Shown here piece after piece: positions 51,782 to 63,910 of a DNA stretch of 64,000 bases. Origin of the DNA: Lepidodermella squamata (Eukaryota; Animalia; Gastrotricha); assembly GCA_047495785.1 (NCBI GenBank), contig JBLDXI010000011.1, positions 1,860,001-1,924,000 on the forward strand, written 5' to 3'. The position numbers were made by a program, and so were the translations under genes. How positions within the stretch are numbered: position 1 is the first letter of the stretch; the number at the start of each line of letters is the position of its first letter. The notes beneath the pieces were generated by a model. That model had not been told where the DNA came from. It made no database searches and saw only the letters and a program-made list of their open reading frames with translations.

Positions 51782-54686
51782 CTACATCAACGAAGCTAAC
51801 AATATGCAGATTAACGACATCGCAGTTTCAAGAGCATAATTTCGATGGGCGCCGCTGGTAACGTCAGAAGCAGTAACGAGTTTAGGCTTTCCATTAGGCC
51901 CATCTCTATTGCAGTCAAGTCCAACAGCAGCAGTTGGTGGGGATCGACAAGCTTCGGTTACTTGCCTCATTTCCTTCGCCGACAGGGGTGAATCGTAGAC
52001 TGAGATACAGGCCATATTGTCACCTTCCATCAAGCCGTACTTCGTATTGGTTTCGCGATCTAAAGCCCCTCCGACTACAATCGACGGCACCCACTGAATG
52101 GCCGAGTCTGATGCGTAGAACAGCCTCCGATCGACATTTGTTGAATTCGAGTACATGGTATTCGTTTCATATCCAAGGTTCAAGTAGTAGGAAACAATAA
52201 GAGTAATCGATTTATGGAATTGGTAAATCGTCAATTGCTGATCACTCGAATTATAAGTAAGTCCAATGAAATTCCAGGCCCAGCAGAGATCTGGTAAAGC
52301 TAGAGACGCTGCGACACTGCTGTTCCTTTTGTTGTAAACTTTGATATTGAGCATGTAGTCCTTTGTGCAATGAAGGGTTAGAAACGAGTTCTCCAGTTCC
52401 ATCTCAAAAAGTCCACTAGGCCGGCCATCGCCTCGATCTGGCTTTCCACTACCTCGGTAGCTCACACTTTCGAAGAAAGCAACTGAAAATCCTGTTGGTT
52501 TCAGTGGTACCATTGTCTTGTACACAGCCAGAGTTTTATTTTCCCTCGTGTCCATATCACTGCAGCAGAAACCAGCAGCAAAGCTGAGGTAGCCGGAAAA
52601 TTCTCCGTAGGGCGAACTACTATCCAAAGCAGCACTATACGATTTGCTATCTGGTTTTATCCCGCAAATTGCGTCGTTCAGTTGCGTGCTTTTGTCCAGA
52701 TATGGCGCAAATACAAGAGATTTAGGATTCGGCCATGGAACACCACGTTGTACTGAAAGAAATAACTATTGGTTAGATGCACATTGAAAAAGACAGGTTG
52801 CTGTAACCTTCTTATTACAACATCATGAACAGGTGGCAAAGATGTTATGTAATAGGTACTTGATATATATTAGCTGGCGAAATTGAAATTATGATTATCA
52901 TGTGACGTACTAGGACGTCGGGGCTCCTATCTCCACATACAAAATTCTCGTCACGTGCCGGAATAATGCAAATGATTCACGTAACCGCGGACTAAACATA
53001 GTTATTTAATGGCAAATTGAAAATTATTTATTTTAATTATTTTTGGTTATTTATTTTGGTTATTTTGGTTAATCGGAATTAAAAAAAAATTCCAGATTTG
53101 TAAAGATTGCTTAAAGATTCGTTTTTCATACGCAGAAAAAATGGCTTGAGATTATTGCTAAAACGCTCAAGTCGGGGCCCATATTAGTTCCGTTCGGCCC
53201 CCAAGCGTCAGTTGCGCAATTGGATGGTGAAAGTGGGCTCAACGCAAAACACCAAGTCGAAATTTTGAATGGAATTTCGGCCTAAAAGGTCTATTTTCGA
53301 GGCGTTGGCCCAAGCACGGCGGAGAACTATGGGAACCAGTGCTATTGTTGGGCACTCGCCGTTCGGGCCGGGACTTGATACAGTTATCGGGTCGGGCGTT
53401 GGTTGTAGGATGATCCAAGCCCGGCGGCCCGAGTAAAGCGCTGGTTTCTATTGTTGTCCGCCGTGCCAACATCTTGGGCGGCGGCCGGCCCGTGTGCGGT
53501 GGAGCGTGATTCTTTCGAATTTGTTAAATTTACAGTGAACGTCGCATACGGGCATGTTTTAAAGCGGCCCGAGCTCGGAGCTGCAAATCATTCTTACCCG
53601 TCCGCACACGACCAGAATTCGGGCTGGGGCCTCATTCTCGCGCGGAAAATTAAAATAAATCAGTTTTACACCACCTTTTTGCGCGCAAGTCATTCACAGG
53701 AAAAGAGCCGCTTTTTCCATATCACCTCGCGCCTCAAAAGGGATTTAAACAAGCCTAAATACGAGTTATTCAACGACGCTAACGATATCGCATACCATAT
53801 GCAGTGTTGTCAACGAATGCAGCCATCTTACTTACCGTTTCCGTCACGCTTGCAGTCAACTGTCGGGGATTTCTTAGGAGCCTCACGACATGATTCCGGC
53901 AATAGCCCGATTTCTTTCGAATTCAATGCGGCATTGAACATCGAGAAACAGAACAAGTTCTGTCCGGGCCGGAATCCCCATTCTCGGTAAACATCCCTAT
54001 CCAAAGCATTACCGAGCGTTACTTGACTCCATTCTCCGCCGATTTGCACGGGCTTGGACATATTGCCAGAAGCCGACTTTGTTGAATTGGTCTTAGGATC
54101 GATGACAAAGGCCGTTAGTTGGCTCGCTGAACTATCGTGGGATATCGCAAAAAATCGCCAATTATCAACCCCACAAGCGCTTGAGACGTTGAGCTTGATT
54201 GTCATATTTATATCGTCCTTATCAAAAATTTTGACGATCAGGTCATCTGACAAGCAGACAACTGTTAGAAATGACTTGTCGGTTTCAAGTTCCAGCAAAC
54301 CAGCATCAGTGTTAGGCAATGATCTCAGGTAAAACGATAGTGTGAAGCTAGGCTTTATCGGAATGGGACGATAGATTGTTAGATAGTCCCAATTTCTTCC
54401 AATGTCTGTACTCAAAGAGTACGAACCAGATTGATTGTTAAATGGGTCGTTTCTCGGTATAAATGCGGCATAAGAGCTCGTGTTTACTGGAGCTAAGTTG
54501 CAGATTCTATCATTTAAATCGTTGTTTCTGTCCATCTGGGCATGAAATACTAAAGCGTCGAGTCTCGGCCAGGCAATGGCTGCTGTCGAAATTGATGTAC
54601 AGTTAGCATTCAAAATTGTATTAGTGCATGATCATACCTGGAGCTAAAGACCCGAATGATAACAATACAAGATAAACCGGCTTCAT
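51782..54686 (-). CDS. Tandem LamG GPI-type protein, copy C (exons 54686-54638, 54582-53836, 52752-51782)
   Basis: Same 3-exon phase-1 structure as copy A, signal MKPVYLVLLSFGSLAP. Intron 2 is enlarged to about 1.08 kb. Ends in a hydrophobic GPI-like tail. Confidence 0.82.
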
Positions 54687-55458
54687 CACGACGCAGCTGG
54701 GCAAGTTAAATCAATAAGATTTTAAACTGATCCACACTTTCAATAACTTCAAGGCCGACGCCGTGTCAAGCATGCATGTGATGTAAATGCCATTGACACA
54801 GCAGCTTTTCATGTTAATAATGTTGAGTCAATAGTATTAATACCTTTAATACGGATGAAATATTACGGAGCATGTCGTCGTGAATGTGATTCAATATGTC
54901 AAATGTACCTAGATTATCATTTGCGGCTTTGTCGCCAAGAGAACGCGGCATTCAAGAGCAAATATTAGAAAGTTGGCTTTTTACGCGAAAATTGCTATGC
55001 TACGATCTTGGATGCCGGAGCTGCCATGGAAGCAAAATTTTTTTGTTGATGTATTTGTGAAAGTTACTCATATTACTCAAAATGCTCAACATGTGCTCAG
55101 AAACACAACGTGTGCCCAACCTTAACCGCGGTCCACCCAAGTCACTGGTGCCATAGAGAACAGAAGTACAAGAGAGAAAATCGCGCTGGAAACTTGAAAC
55201 ATTAATTCGAAGCGGTTTTCTTCGAGCGGGATCTTTTGTGGATAGAAATGGTCAGCAGACCACTTATACTTCGACCCTACTACAATTTATGTTGAAGGAA
55301 TCGCGTTCGTCATTAGATCATTTGATAGTCATTAGATTTTTCTGAATCACTCATTTATTACATTAATAGGAATCTGTCAATCGCCAAAATGTCCAACATT
55401 CACAATTCTATTAAGAAAAAATTATGAAAAGGAACAGAAGTAGCATATTTATATGAAC

Positions 55459-56819
55459 GGTAAAATAAAATCTGCCGCCCCAAAAGGTAATAGTCCGCCC
55501 TCGTTTAGAGGTGCGCCCTAAAGTAAACAAAGTCGCCTTGACTGGTTAAACCACCGCCCATTTTCATTTATCCAACTTGGGCAGCAAATTGTTTATTTAA
55601 ATCAGTGCTTCGCAAACTCGGATTTTTTCCGGCCACGTGTGGCCGGCTGGGCAGATCATGGCGGCCCATTGGCTGGCGGTACGATTTTCTCAAAGGATTG
55701 CTGGAATGCGGCCGGATGCCTTGTTTCGCACGATCATAACCCGAAAATCAGCCCGTTATGCACTATTTTCAGCTAAAATTGTGGCTGGAGCTTAGGCTTT
55801 CCGGCCGCCAAAAATGCCGATGGTGAAAACAGTTTGCGGAGCACTGATATAAGCTGTTCGAATAAGACCTTCGGATGAGGATAGCAGCCCGATGGGCGAT
55901 ACATAGCACGGTCTACCAAATAAAACTACACGTTATAGGTTAGCGCTACCGTTGATCTAATAGCGATGGCTGTTCGCAATAGGTCTTAGCTCTTTAATAG
56001 CCATATCGCAAATTTTTTGACAACAAAACTGAACAGCAAAGTTAGTTCCTATTTATTACAGGTAGTAACTGTAGTGACCATTTTAGTGACCGGACATCGA
56101 ATCCTTCACACATAGCTTATCCGGCGCGTAAACATTCGAACGCAGATAATCCCTTGATCCCCGGCAAGTCGCTTTAACGCGGCGAGCTTGCAACACCTTC
56201 GACAGGCATGCGAGGGGCGCAGCGGGTGTGTGAACTTTCAGTAGTAGTAAAATGCTTGAAGAGAGATGCAACCAACGTCGTAATTTGTTCGGCCTGTAAT
56301 AAGCATGCCTTGAACATAAATCCGCCCTAAAACCTCTTGGAGTAATGACTCATTATTCTTCCTAGCAAAACCTGGCCGGTGGACGATTGGTAAGTGTCTT
56401 ATGTCCTAATATGTCCCTGCTCAAGGATTAGTGGCTATTGCTTTTACGACTATTGCTTTACTGCTCAGATCCCAAAAAATCGTCCGCGCGATATTCCTAT
56501 CGCTATCGTCCGCGGTAATCATATCCCATGTAGTAGTTATTTTGGTTCATATACCGGTTCAGCCGATGTAATATTGATACCAAATAAAGGAATAGAGATG
56601 CGGTTAATAGGCATCATCATCACATTTGTGTTTTTCTTATTCTAACGGGGCGACGTTTTATATTTCAAGGCGTCTGATTATCAGTCAGGTGCGGCTTTTC
56701 GCCTTGAGGGGCGGATTAAGGTGGATTAGTGCGGCGATCACGCAATGAGGGCGACTTTATTTATTTTTGGGCGACAGAAATGGGGCGAACTTTTACCTTT
56801 TTGGGCGACAGATTTTACC
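55459..56819. mobile_element. Non-autonomous TIR element of about 1.36 kb
   Basis: Imperfect long inverted ends TAAAATCTGCCGCCCCAAAAGGTAA and TTACCTTTTTGGGCGACAGATTTTA with repeated CGCCC/GGGCG motifs. Confidence 0.6.
55603..55846. mobile_element. hAT-Charlie-like MITE nested in the previous element
   Basis: TIR CAGTGCTTCGCAAACT and AGTTTGCGGAGCACTG. The 8 bp TSD is decayed. Confidence 0.65.
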
Positions 56820-57376
56820 TCACCCTTTATAAGAACCATCAGGATGAGCAACATCGAAACCTCAGGTTATAGAAGATTCATAATTATATTATTTATCAGG
56901 CTGGTATTAATTGATCCATTTATTATTTTTAAAACATGACAAAAGTCTATTTACAGGCGTCGGATTTCTAATGACTGAATGTTTAGTATCTTTAGGTTTG
57001 CTTCGTAATTAGGTCGATTAGGATCAAGATCGGAGTAGCCCTGAGGCATACGTGTCGTGTAAAACATTTCTGGACACTTTCGATCAAACGGGGATCACCA
57101 ATTAGGGTTGGCGACCACACACTAATCGCATGTTCTAAAAGAGGACGCACATAGACACAATAAGCCCGTCACGGGACCTTGGCCTTTAACCCTCTAAGGC
57201 CGGGAGCGTGTATACTCAAACTACGACTTTTCACCTTGAATTCTCATACTTCCGGATTTTTGCCGGCCAAATGGTTTGGCATACTTTTAGATGACCATCT
57301 AAATACCCCGATTCCGAAACCCGCAGACTCGCCGCGTTGATGACGTAACACAGGTGAACGCGCAAATCACCTGTAG

Positions 57377-58357
57377 AGCTAGTTTTAAGATAGAGTTCCT
57401 ACTCCTGACCAAGCCTGTGAACGCCATGGGCGCCAGATGTTGTGATGAATCAGCATCGAGTGGTTGGAAAAGTAAACAAATCGGGTGATTTTTCGATTCC
57501 CGATATCTCATTAACGGAAATTTCCTTGATGGAGAATTTGGTGGTATCCGATACCGCTTGAAATGCTGATCTCATCACTATTATTTTTTCGAAATTTTCG
57601 GAGCAATGTAAAGCAGTGAAATCAAGAAAAATGATTTTTTGATTTCAAATAAATCAACATTAACTAATAAGTAAATCGAAGTTGAAGCATATTTATAATA
57701 TGGTGGGTAGTTCTAATCAAGCTCTACATTTTGATGCTTGGAGCGAGCTTGGAGGATTTTTTCCTGATTTTCCATAATTTTACAAATTATTCTGCTTGGT
57801 TTTTTACATTATAAAGATCGAGACTGCTCGCTGGATTCCATCCAGAACCTTTGTTGACAGCACGTGCGCCACGTGCACACGTCGTGTGGCTGGATCGAGC
57901 TCAGAGCTGGAACGGAGTTCCAATATAGTGAAAAACCCTTCATGCAAGAAATAAAAAATTCCAGAAAATCGGAAAAAAATCTTCCAAGCTCGCTCCAAGC
58001 ATCAAAATGTAGAGCTTGATCAGAATTACCTGGTCCATTAAAAATACCCTTTAATTTCGCTGCCTTACTGGCAGTTGTCAGGTTTTATTGATTGATCAAT
58101 TTTGTTTTGATGCGATTTTCCCCATTTCAAATATCATTAAAATTTCGGAAAAAAATCAGTGTGTTCGTCTTTGCAAGAGCTATCTCGAACCGCCGGAGAT
58201 GATTGATTTTGATTAATCGTTCACGAATAATGAGCGATCGAAAAATCACCCGATTTGTTTACTTTTCCAACCACTCGATGCTGATTCATCACAACATCTG
58301 GCGCCCATGGCGTTTACAGGCTTTGTCAGGAGTAGGAACTCTACCTTAAAACTAGCT
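57377..58357. repeat. Fold-back element with nested inverted arms
   Basis: 57377-57497 is the near-perfect reverse complement of 58237-58357, and about 57716-57770 is inverted at about 57965-58020. Confidence 0.85.
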
Positions 58358-59608
58358 ACTAGCTCTATGGATCTACTGTATTTATTTATCTATGCTCGAT
58401 CTTTACAGGTCAACTTTTTCGCGTGCCTGATGGCTGGAAAAAAAATTGAACGCCAGTTTTTTCTGCGCATCAAATGCATTACGCCATTTGTTTCTATTTC
58501 CGGCACACTGTTCTGGCGCGAAAGGCGCGATATAGGGCTTGGTTTTTTAGATATATGGCCAATCACTAAAAACCACGTCTCCCTAGCAACTAAGAAAAAA
58601 ACGCAGCTGCGCACTTATGATTCTTCGCTAGCTCTTTAACAGCCCTCGTTAGCTGCATCCCTAGATAAGTGCACGACCCACAGCCCCGACCCCGTGCACT
58701 AATCGAGGGAGCACTGTAGTTGCCAGAAGCCAGCGCCTTCCTGTTTGCGTTCGCAGCAAGGCCGGTTCGAAGTGAATCCGCCGATTCCTTGCACAACATC
58801 TCTGCGTACTCGGCCCGTTCTTCCGGCCCCAACCCCCGAGCCATCCGCTACGTATTGTTTCCGAATGGCGCACACTTTTTTTACATGGCACGTGGGTCCG
58901 CTCACGTTTGGTCCGCCGACTTGAAAAATAACGCACATTTTTTAATTCAGCGAACCACGACCCAGCGGGACCGATACTATGGGAGCATGTAGGTCAAAAT
59001 TATTTCAATTCATATTTTTTTAATGGCGCAAAAAATAATTAGGTGGCACATACGCCTCCTCAAACATATCCCTGGTCTGCTAAGAATTGGTTCGCTGGCC
59101 GCAATGTCGTCTGAAAAATGATGAAAAAAATTTTCCTCGTCTGGAAAGCAGAAATTCAGAATTTCGAAATTTTTGAACTATTTTTGAAAGTACTCAGTTC
59201 TCTGATGGGCAAATTTGTTTTTGTTGCTACGATTGCGGATATAGCAGTCTCAGTTCAATTCTTGTTCTAATGGGCCTAAAGAATGTGAATACTGATGAAA
59301 TATTACGGCGCATGTCATCGTGAATGTAATCCAATGTGCTCAAAGGTATAGTGTACCTGGAAAATTATCTTTGAAAATTACAAAAAATGGGTCACATGCA
59401 ATTGACACAGCAGCAAATAGGCAATATGCCCAAAGAAAGTGATAATAGACCGGAGTGTCCTCTCCTGGAAAGTTTGAAACTCTCGGATCAAAAGGATCAA
59501 TTTGAAATCTATGAACTGGATGAACTACTAGAAAATCCAACAGACCAAATGTCAACAAATGGTGGTTGGAAACTAAAAGGCTAGGAGGCAAAATAATGAC
59601 AAATAAGG

Positions 59609-59792
59609 GTGATCGGTGGCCCTTTCTTTCCGCACAAGGAGATTCACAAGCTCATGTAACGGTCAAACGACAAGAAGACGCTAAACCAGATCGATCACAT
59701 CACGGTCATCCGCCGCTGGCGAAGTTCTCTTCAGGATGTTAAAGGCCATCGCGGGGCCAACATGAGCAAAGACCACATGCTAGTTGTAGGCT
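59609..59792 (+). mobile_element. RTE-clade non-LTR retrotransposon AP-endonuclease remnant
   Basis: VIGGPFFPHKEIHK and NQIDHITVIRRWRSSLQDVKGHRGANMSKDHMLV match RTE APE motifs. Confidence 0.8.
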
Positions 59793-60246
59793 CTGTATAC
59801 GCCTAAACCTGGCGCCACCGAAGGGAAGGGTGGCGCTCTGAGGGATCCTGAAGTAAGGTCAAAGTTTTCGCGAAGTCTGACTGACTCAGTCAATTCGTGA
59901 AATCTCGTCCCCACTCGCCTAAAGGCTCGCTCCGACTCTTTTCCCCCGTTTCATTCGTATTAGTCGATCTATATTACGTGCTACTCAAAAATATAGATTT
60001 GATGCTACTGATTCGTGTATCTTTGTAGGCAACATCCGAAAGCTATTAGGATGGACAAATTCGTTAAATTGATGGAACTGTGAATTAGCAAAGTCGAAAT
60101 CCCGAAATCGTTGAGTAAATCTGACTTTAATTAACGACGTTCAGCGATTGTTACATCTTCTGTTATTTGTTGAGTAAGACAAACGTTTTCTTGAGATACG
60201 AAATATTTCACAATATTAAAACAGCATAAACACGGCATGAATGTCC

Positions 60247-62439
60247 CTAAATCAAGTCGTTTAAACCTCCGTGAGACAAATCTCCAAATAGATATCTTCC
60301 GCTGTAGTTGTCGAATGAGCATACTAATGGTTCCGTTTTAGGCACGAATCTCCGAGTTGGAGCTAGCGAAAAGTGCGAAGCTGATTCCCCAAAGCCGCTG
60401 CGGCTGATGACCAAAGCATCCATCTCAATCAATATCAGCCAGTCCAGCCACGATTTCGCAGCCTGAAGCCATATAAAATCGTCCATTAGATCCGTCTCAG
60501 GCAACATATCGATATGCTGAACAGTTAGGTTTTGCATTCCATCAGTTGAGAATATTTTTATCCGGCTGGAATTTACGATGCCTGGGCCAAGTAAATTCAG
60601 AATTTCGCTGTAAGTTATCGCCCAATCTGTTGTCATGAAAAGCGTGACATTATTCCCACGAAAGTCGGGAGAATCTAGCACGCGAAGAACTTCGTTCGCG
60701 TAGCATTTCAGCTCTGGAAGCCTTGACATGTCATGAAGGTTGTCAATATCTGAAATGATCGGATAGCATGAGACATTTGAAACTACTGCTAAACCAGTAA
60801 CAGTTGAAAAGTGGATCTTGACCATTGTGTACCATTTTTGAAATTGCTGGAATGTGAGGTAAGGACAAACCGTGGAGTGCTTCGGGTTCATTAGGGGTAT
60901 TGTTCGTATATAGCCAACCGAAAACCACTTACATACTTACATAAAATTACGTGAATTTTGCAGGGATCCGACTAGGTCCAGCTCTGAGGGGGGTAAATCG
61001 AGCATTTTGAGCCCCAAATTTTACAAATAAACAGAGGGCAAATCAACCCTTACGTTTTTCAGAAATGTTCGAACGCCAGGGGCTTTTACTGCCTCAATTT
61101 TATGTCAAAAGATTCCCCGTGTTGCAATGTAGTATTTCGCCAAGTTGCCTCCAAGAATCTAGTCAAAAATGAATGCAAAGTAGCATTTCGAAAATTTGGC
61201 TACCATGGCTAATAAGCCAGGTTTGACTAGGCCTGATAAGGATTTGACATATTTTTCCGATTCCGGAAAACAATTTGCGAAAATAACCAGTCCACCAGTC
61301 GTTTTTACGTTTCTCAGAGCTCAACTATTGTAATTGAAAATAACGAGAAGGAACTAGAACTTGAAAATATGCTTTGTTCCAAAACAAAGAATATTCCAGC
61401 TCAAAAATGTGAAAATTGCGTAAAAATTCCATGATTCAATTGTTACCAGTCATTCGGTGGAACACACTTGTTTTTCCTACTTACACAAAGTCCGAATTTG
61501 AAGACCAAGTTTGATAGAATTATCCCAAAACTCGCGACCAACTGTATTGGATATCACGCTGTTGAATAGCTCTTTCAACTTGGCGTTAGGTCGGCCGAAC
61601 ATGAGGCGGATCGCGGCTGAAATCGCGACGTTCAAGTCATCGCTGTAGCTCAACAATCCAGGTGCTGATTTATTAAAGTTGGCTTGAAAAGCCTTATTCC
61701 GCAAAATCGTATCTAGACCAGCATGCCGGTTACTCTTAATCTTCAGATCGCTATACTGCTCATGCTCTTCTATAAATTTCTCGTTGGAAAAAAGTTCCAT
61801 ATACGGTTCGTCGGGTAAGTCTCCTTGATGCAACAGCCATTTAATATTTTCTGAGCGTTTCGCGGTGACTTTTTGAAACGTCTCAGCATCCACGTCGTAG
61901 AAATGCTCGTTCATTTCAAAATAATCAGCTGCATCCGACGGTCGTTGCCACTCCATGTTGAAAACGCGACCAGTGCCTATTGCGAGGTAAAAGGCAATGA
62001 CAGCGCCTCGAAGTCGATCTCCGAGACCGTGGCATTCAGGCCGTTTTATTTTGCACTTGGCCGAAGGATCACGACCACTCAGAGATGGGAACATAAAGTC
62101 GTAACACGTGTCGTTGCCAAGCTTTGGGAATCTGCAGGTAGTCGTTAGTAACTTGAGCGATTCACCTCGCCTCATTTTCTGTGCCATCACTTTGAAATAG
62201 TGCTCAGTAATGGATTTGGCCAGATCGATAGCTTTCCCTGGTTTCGGCGAGATTTCGATAGGTTGATCATATTCATCCATAGAAACCTGCTGGTCATATT
62301 CACGCGATTTAGAGATAGGTCCAGAGATAGCGACATGTGAACTGGGAATTTGCTGGCGAGAGAGTAATGCGATTACAAGCAAAGCTACAACAGCTGCAAC
62401 TGAGGCTACTAAAAATTTGTGTGCATCATTCTGAGCCAT
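60247..62439 (-). CDS. Type II membrane GDP-fucose-dependent fucosyltransferase-like protein (GT11/GT23/GT37 superfamily; exons 62439-61485, about 60788-60247)
   Basis: N-terminal TM helix, GLGDRLRG..A.YLA..TGR.F, motif I LGLQIRT, motif II LFMTTD, motif III DWLIL..DALVISRSGFG..A. The exon-2 acceptor is uncertain (tandem AGs at 60783-60790). Confidence 0.75.
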
Positions 62440-63367
62440 CGGTCAAGGAGAACGCTAACAGGAATTCGTGTTCACAACTTACATTGAGAAGGATTAACTA
62501 GGAGGATTGGTTATATTTACTCGTGATGTGAGGCAAGTCAAAACGGATAGATCAAACAGTCAGCCATTCGCGATGTTACGCTCACACTTCTTGCGCGCGA
62601 GCCAGAGCCCGACCGCGCTTATTGATTGAGTTGAGTGGCCGAACGATAGACATCGATAGACAAATCGGAAAGTAGCGATCTTCCTATAGTAAATAAATTC
62701 ACACCAAAACGTGAAAAAGTGGGTACGCGACCTTCAGTTTTATTCACTCATATCCGCACATTGTACTTTTTTAGTTTTTTTTATTAATTTCCAAAATTCC
62801 TAGAGAAAAACTGTTATTTCCCAAAAATTCCGAAACAATTTTATGGGACGGTTTTTTGTTTTTTTAACTTTTTTAAATTGTCTCAAAGTTGGTGAAAACA
62901 CTCTTCTAAAACACATAGTATTTTTCTTCGAATTTTTCGGCGTAAAATAAAAAAGTTTACCGCGCCCTGAAAGATTCTTAAAATGGCAATTTTTCGTATA
63001 AGTGACTTGAGACAATATAAAAAAGTTAAAAAAAACCGCCTCATGACACGGGCATTCGATAGAGGAGCGCTTGTGGTATTCCGGAATTTTTTTAGAATTT
63101 TCGGGAAATGAAAGTTTTTCTCTGGGAATTTTAGAAATCAGGCCTTCAGGCCAATGTTATTAGATTTCTGAAAGTATTCGTAGCATATATGCATTTTATT
63201 TGCAAGAAGATAACAGGGAGATCACATTTTTCTATAATCACATTTCATGTAATATATCGATGAAAGATCACAGAAAAACCTCACGGTAAAGGATGTTTTT
63301 GGTATAAAATATATTCCTTTCTTAACAATGTCGTGTACATAAGAGCAATTTAAATTGCGGGTGTCGG

Positions 63368-63635
63368 TCACGCGCGAAAGGGCGACATTGAGCTGACAGG
63401 GCGCTGCTTAAGAGACCGGCCAACAAAATGGAAGGTTTGACCCTGGCTTTTGGTGATTGAGCAGCTGAAGGCTAATCGGACGGGAAACTGCCTTCGACGA
63501 ATGGCAACAAGTGCACCATCCTGATCGGCAATGAGAGGAATGCGTTGAATCTGAGCACCAAAGCTCCCAGTAAGAATCTCGCCTTCGATGACAACGTTAT
63601 GTCGCGATCGCTGAACAGATGGTCTAGTTCCATTG
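63368..63635 (-). mobile_element. Helitron (PIF1-type helicase) remnant
   Basis: NVVIEGEILTG...RIPL...RRRQFPVRLAFSCSITKSQGQT..VG matches the PIF1/Helitron helicase motif V region. Confidence 0.85.
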
Positions 63636-63638
63636 CAT

Positions 63639-63910
63639 CTTTCCATTTGGCCCATCTCTATTACAGTCGAGTCCTATGGCAGCAGTCGGTGGAGATCGGC
63701 AAGCTTCACTCACTTGCCTCATTTTGTTCGCTGACAGGGGTGAATCGTAGGCAGTAACACGCGCCATATTGTCATTTTTCCATCAAGCCGTACTTCGTAT
63801 TGGTCTCTCGACCGAAAGCTCCTCCGGCTGCAATCGATGGCACCCATTGAATGGCCGAGTCTGATTCGTAGAACAGCTTCCGATCGACAACTGTCGAATT
63901 TGAGTACATT
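63639..63910 (-). pseudogene. Fragment of a fourth LamG paralog (3' part of domain 2)
   Basis: DNA clearly matches 37655-37915 and 51890-52160 (DRKLFY.SDSAIQWVPSI...TNTKYGLM...ACRSPPTAA..LDCNRDGPNG) but carries indels and is truncated on both sides. Confidence 0.85.

Noticed and set aside
53239-53990. ORFs within intron 2 of LamG copy C
   Set aside because: No recognisable motifs. The GC-rich GGCCC-repeat sequence looks like an inserted repeat whose ends I could not define.
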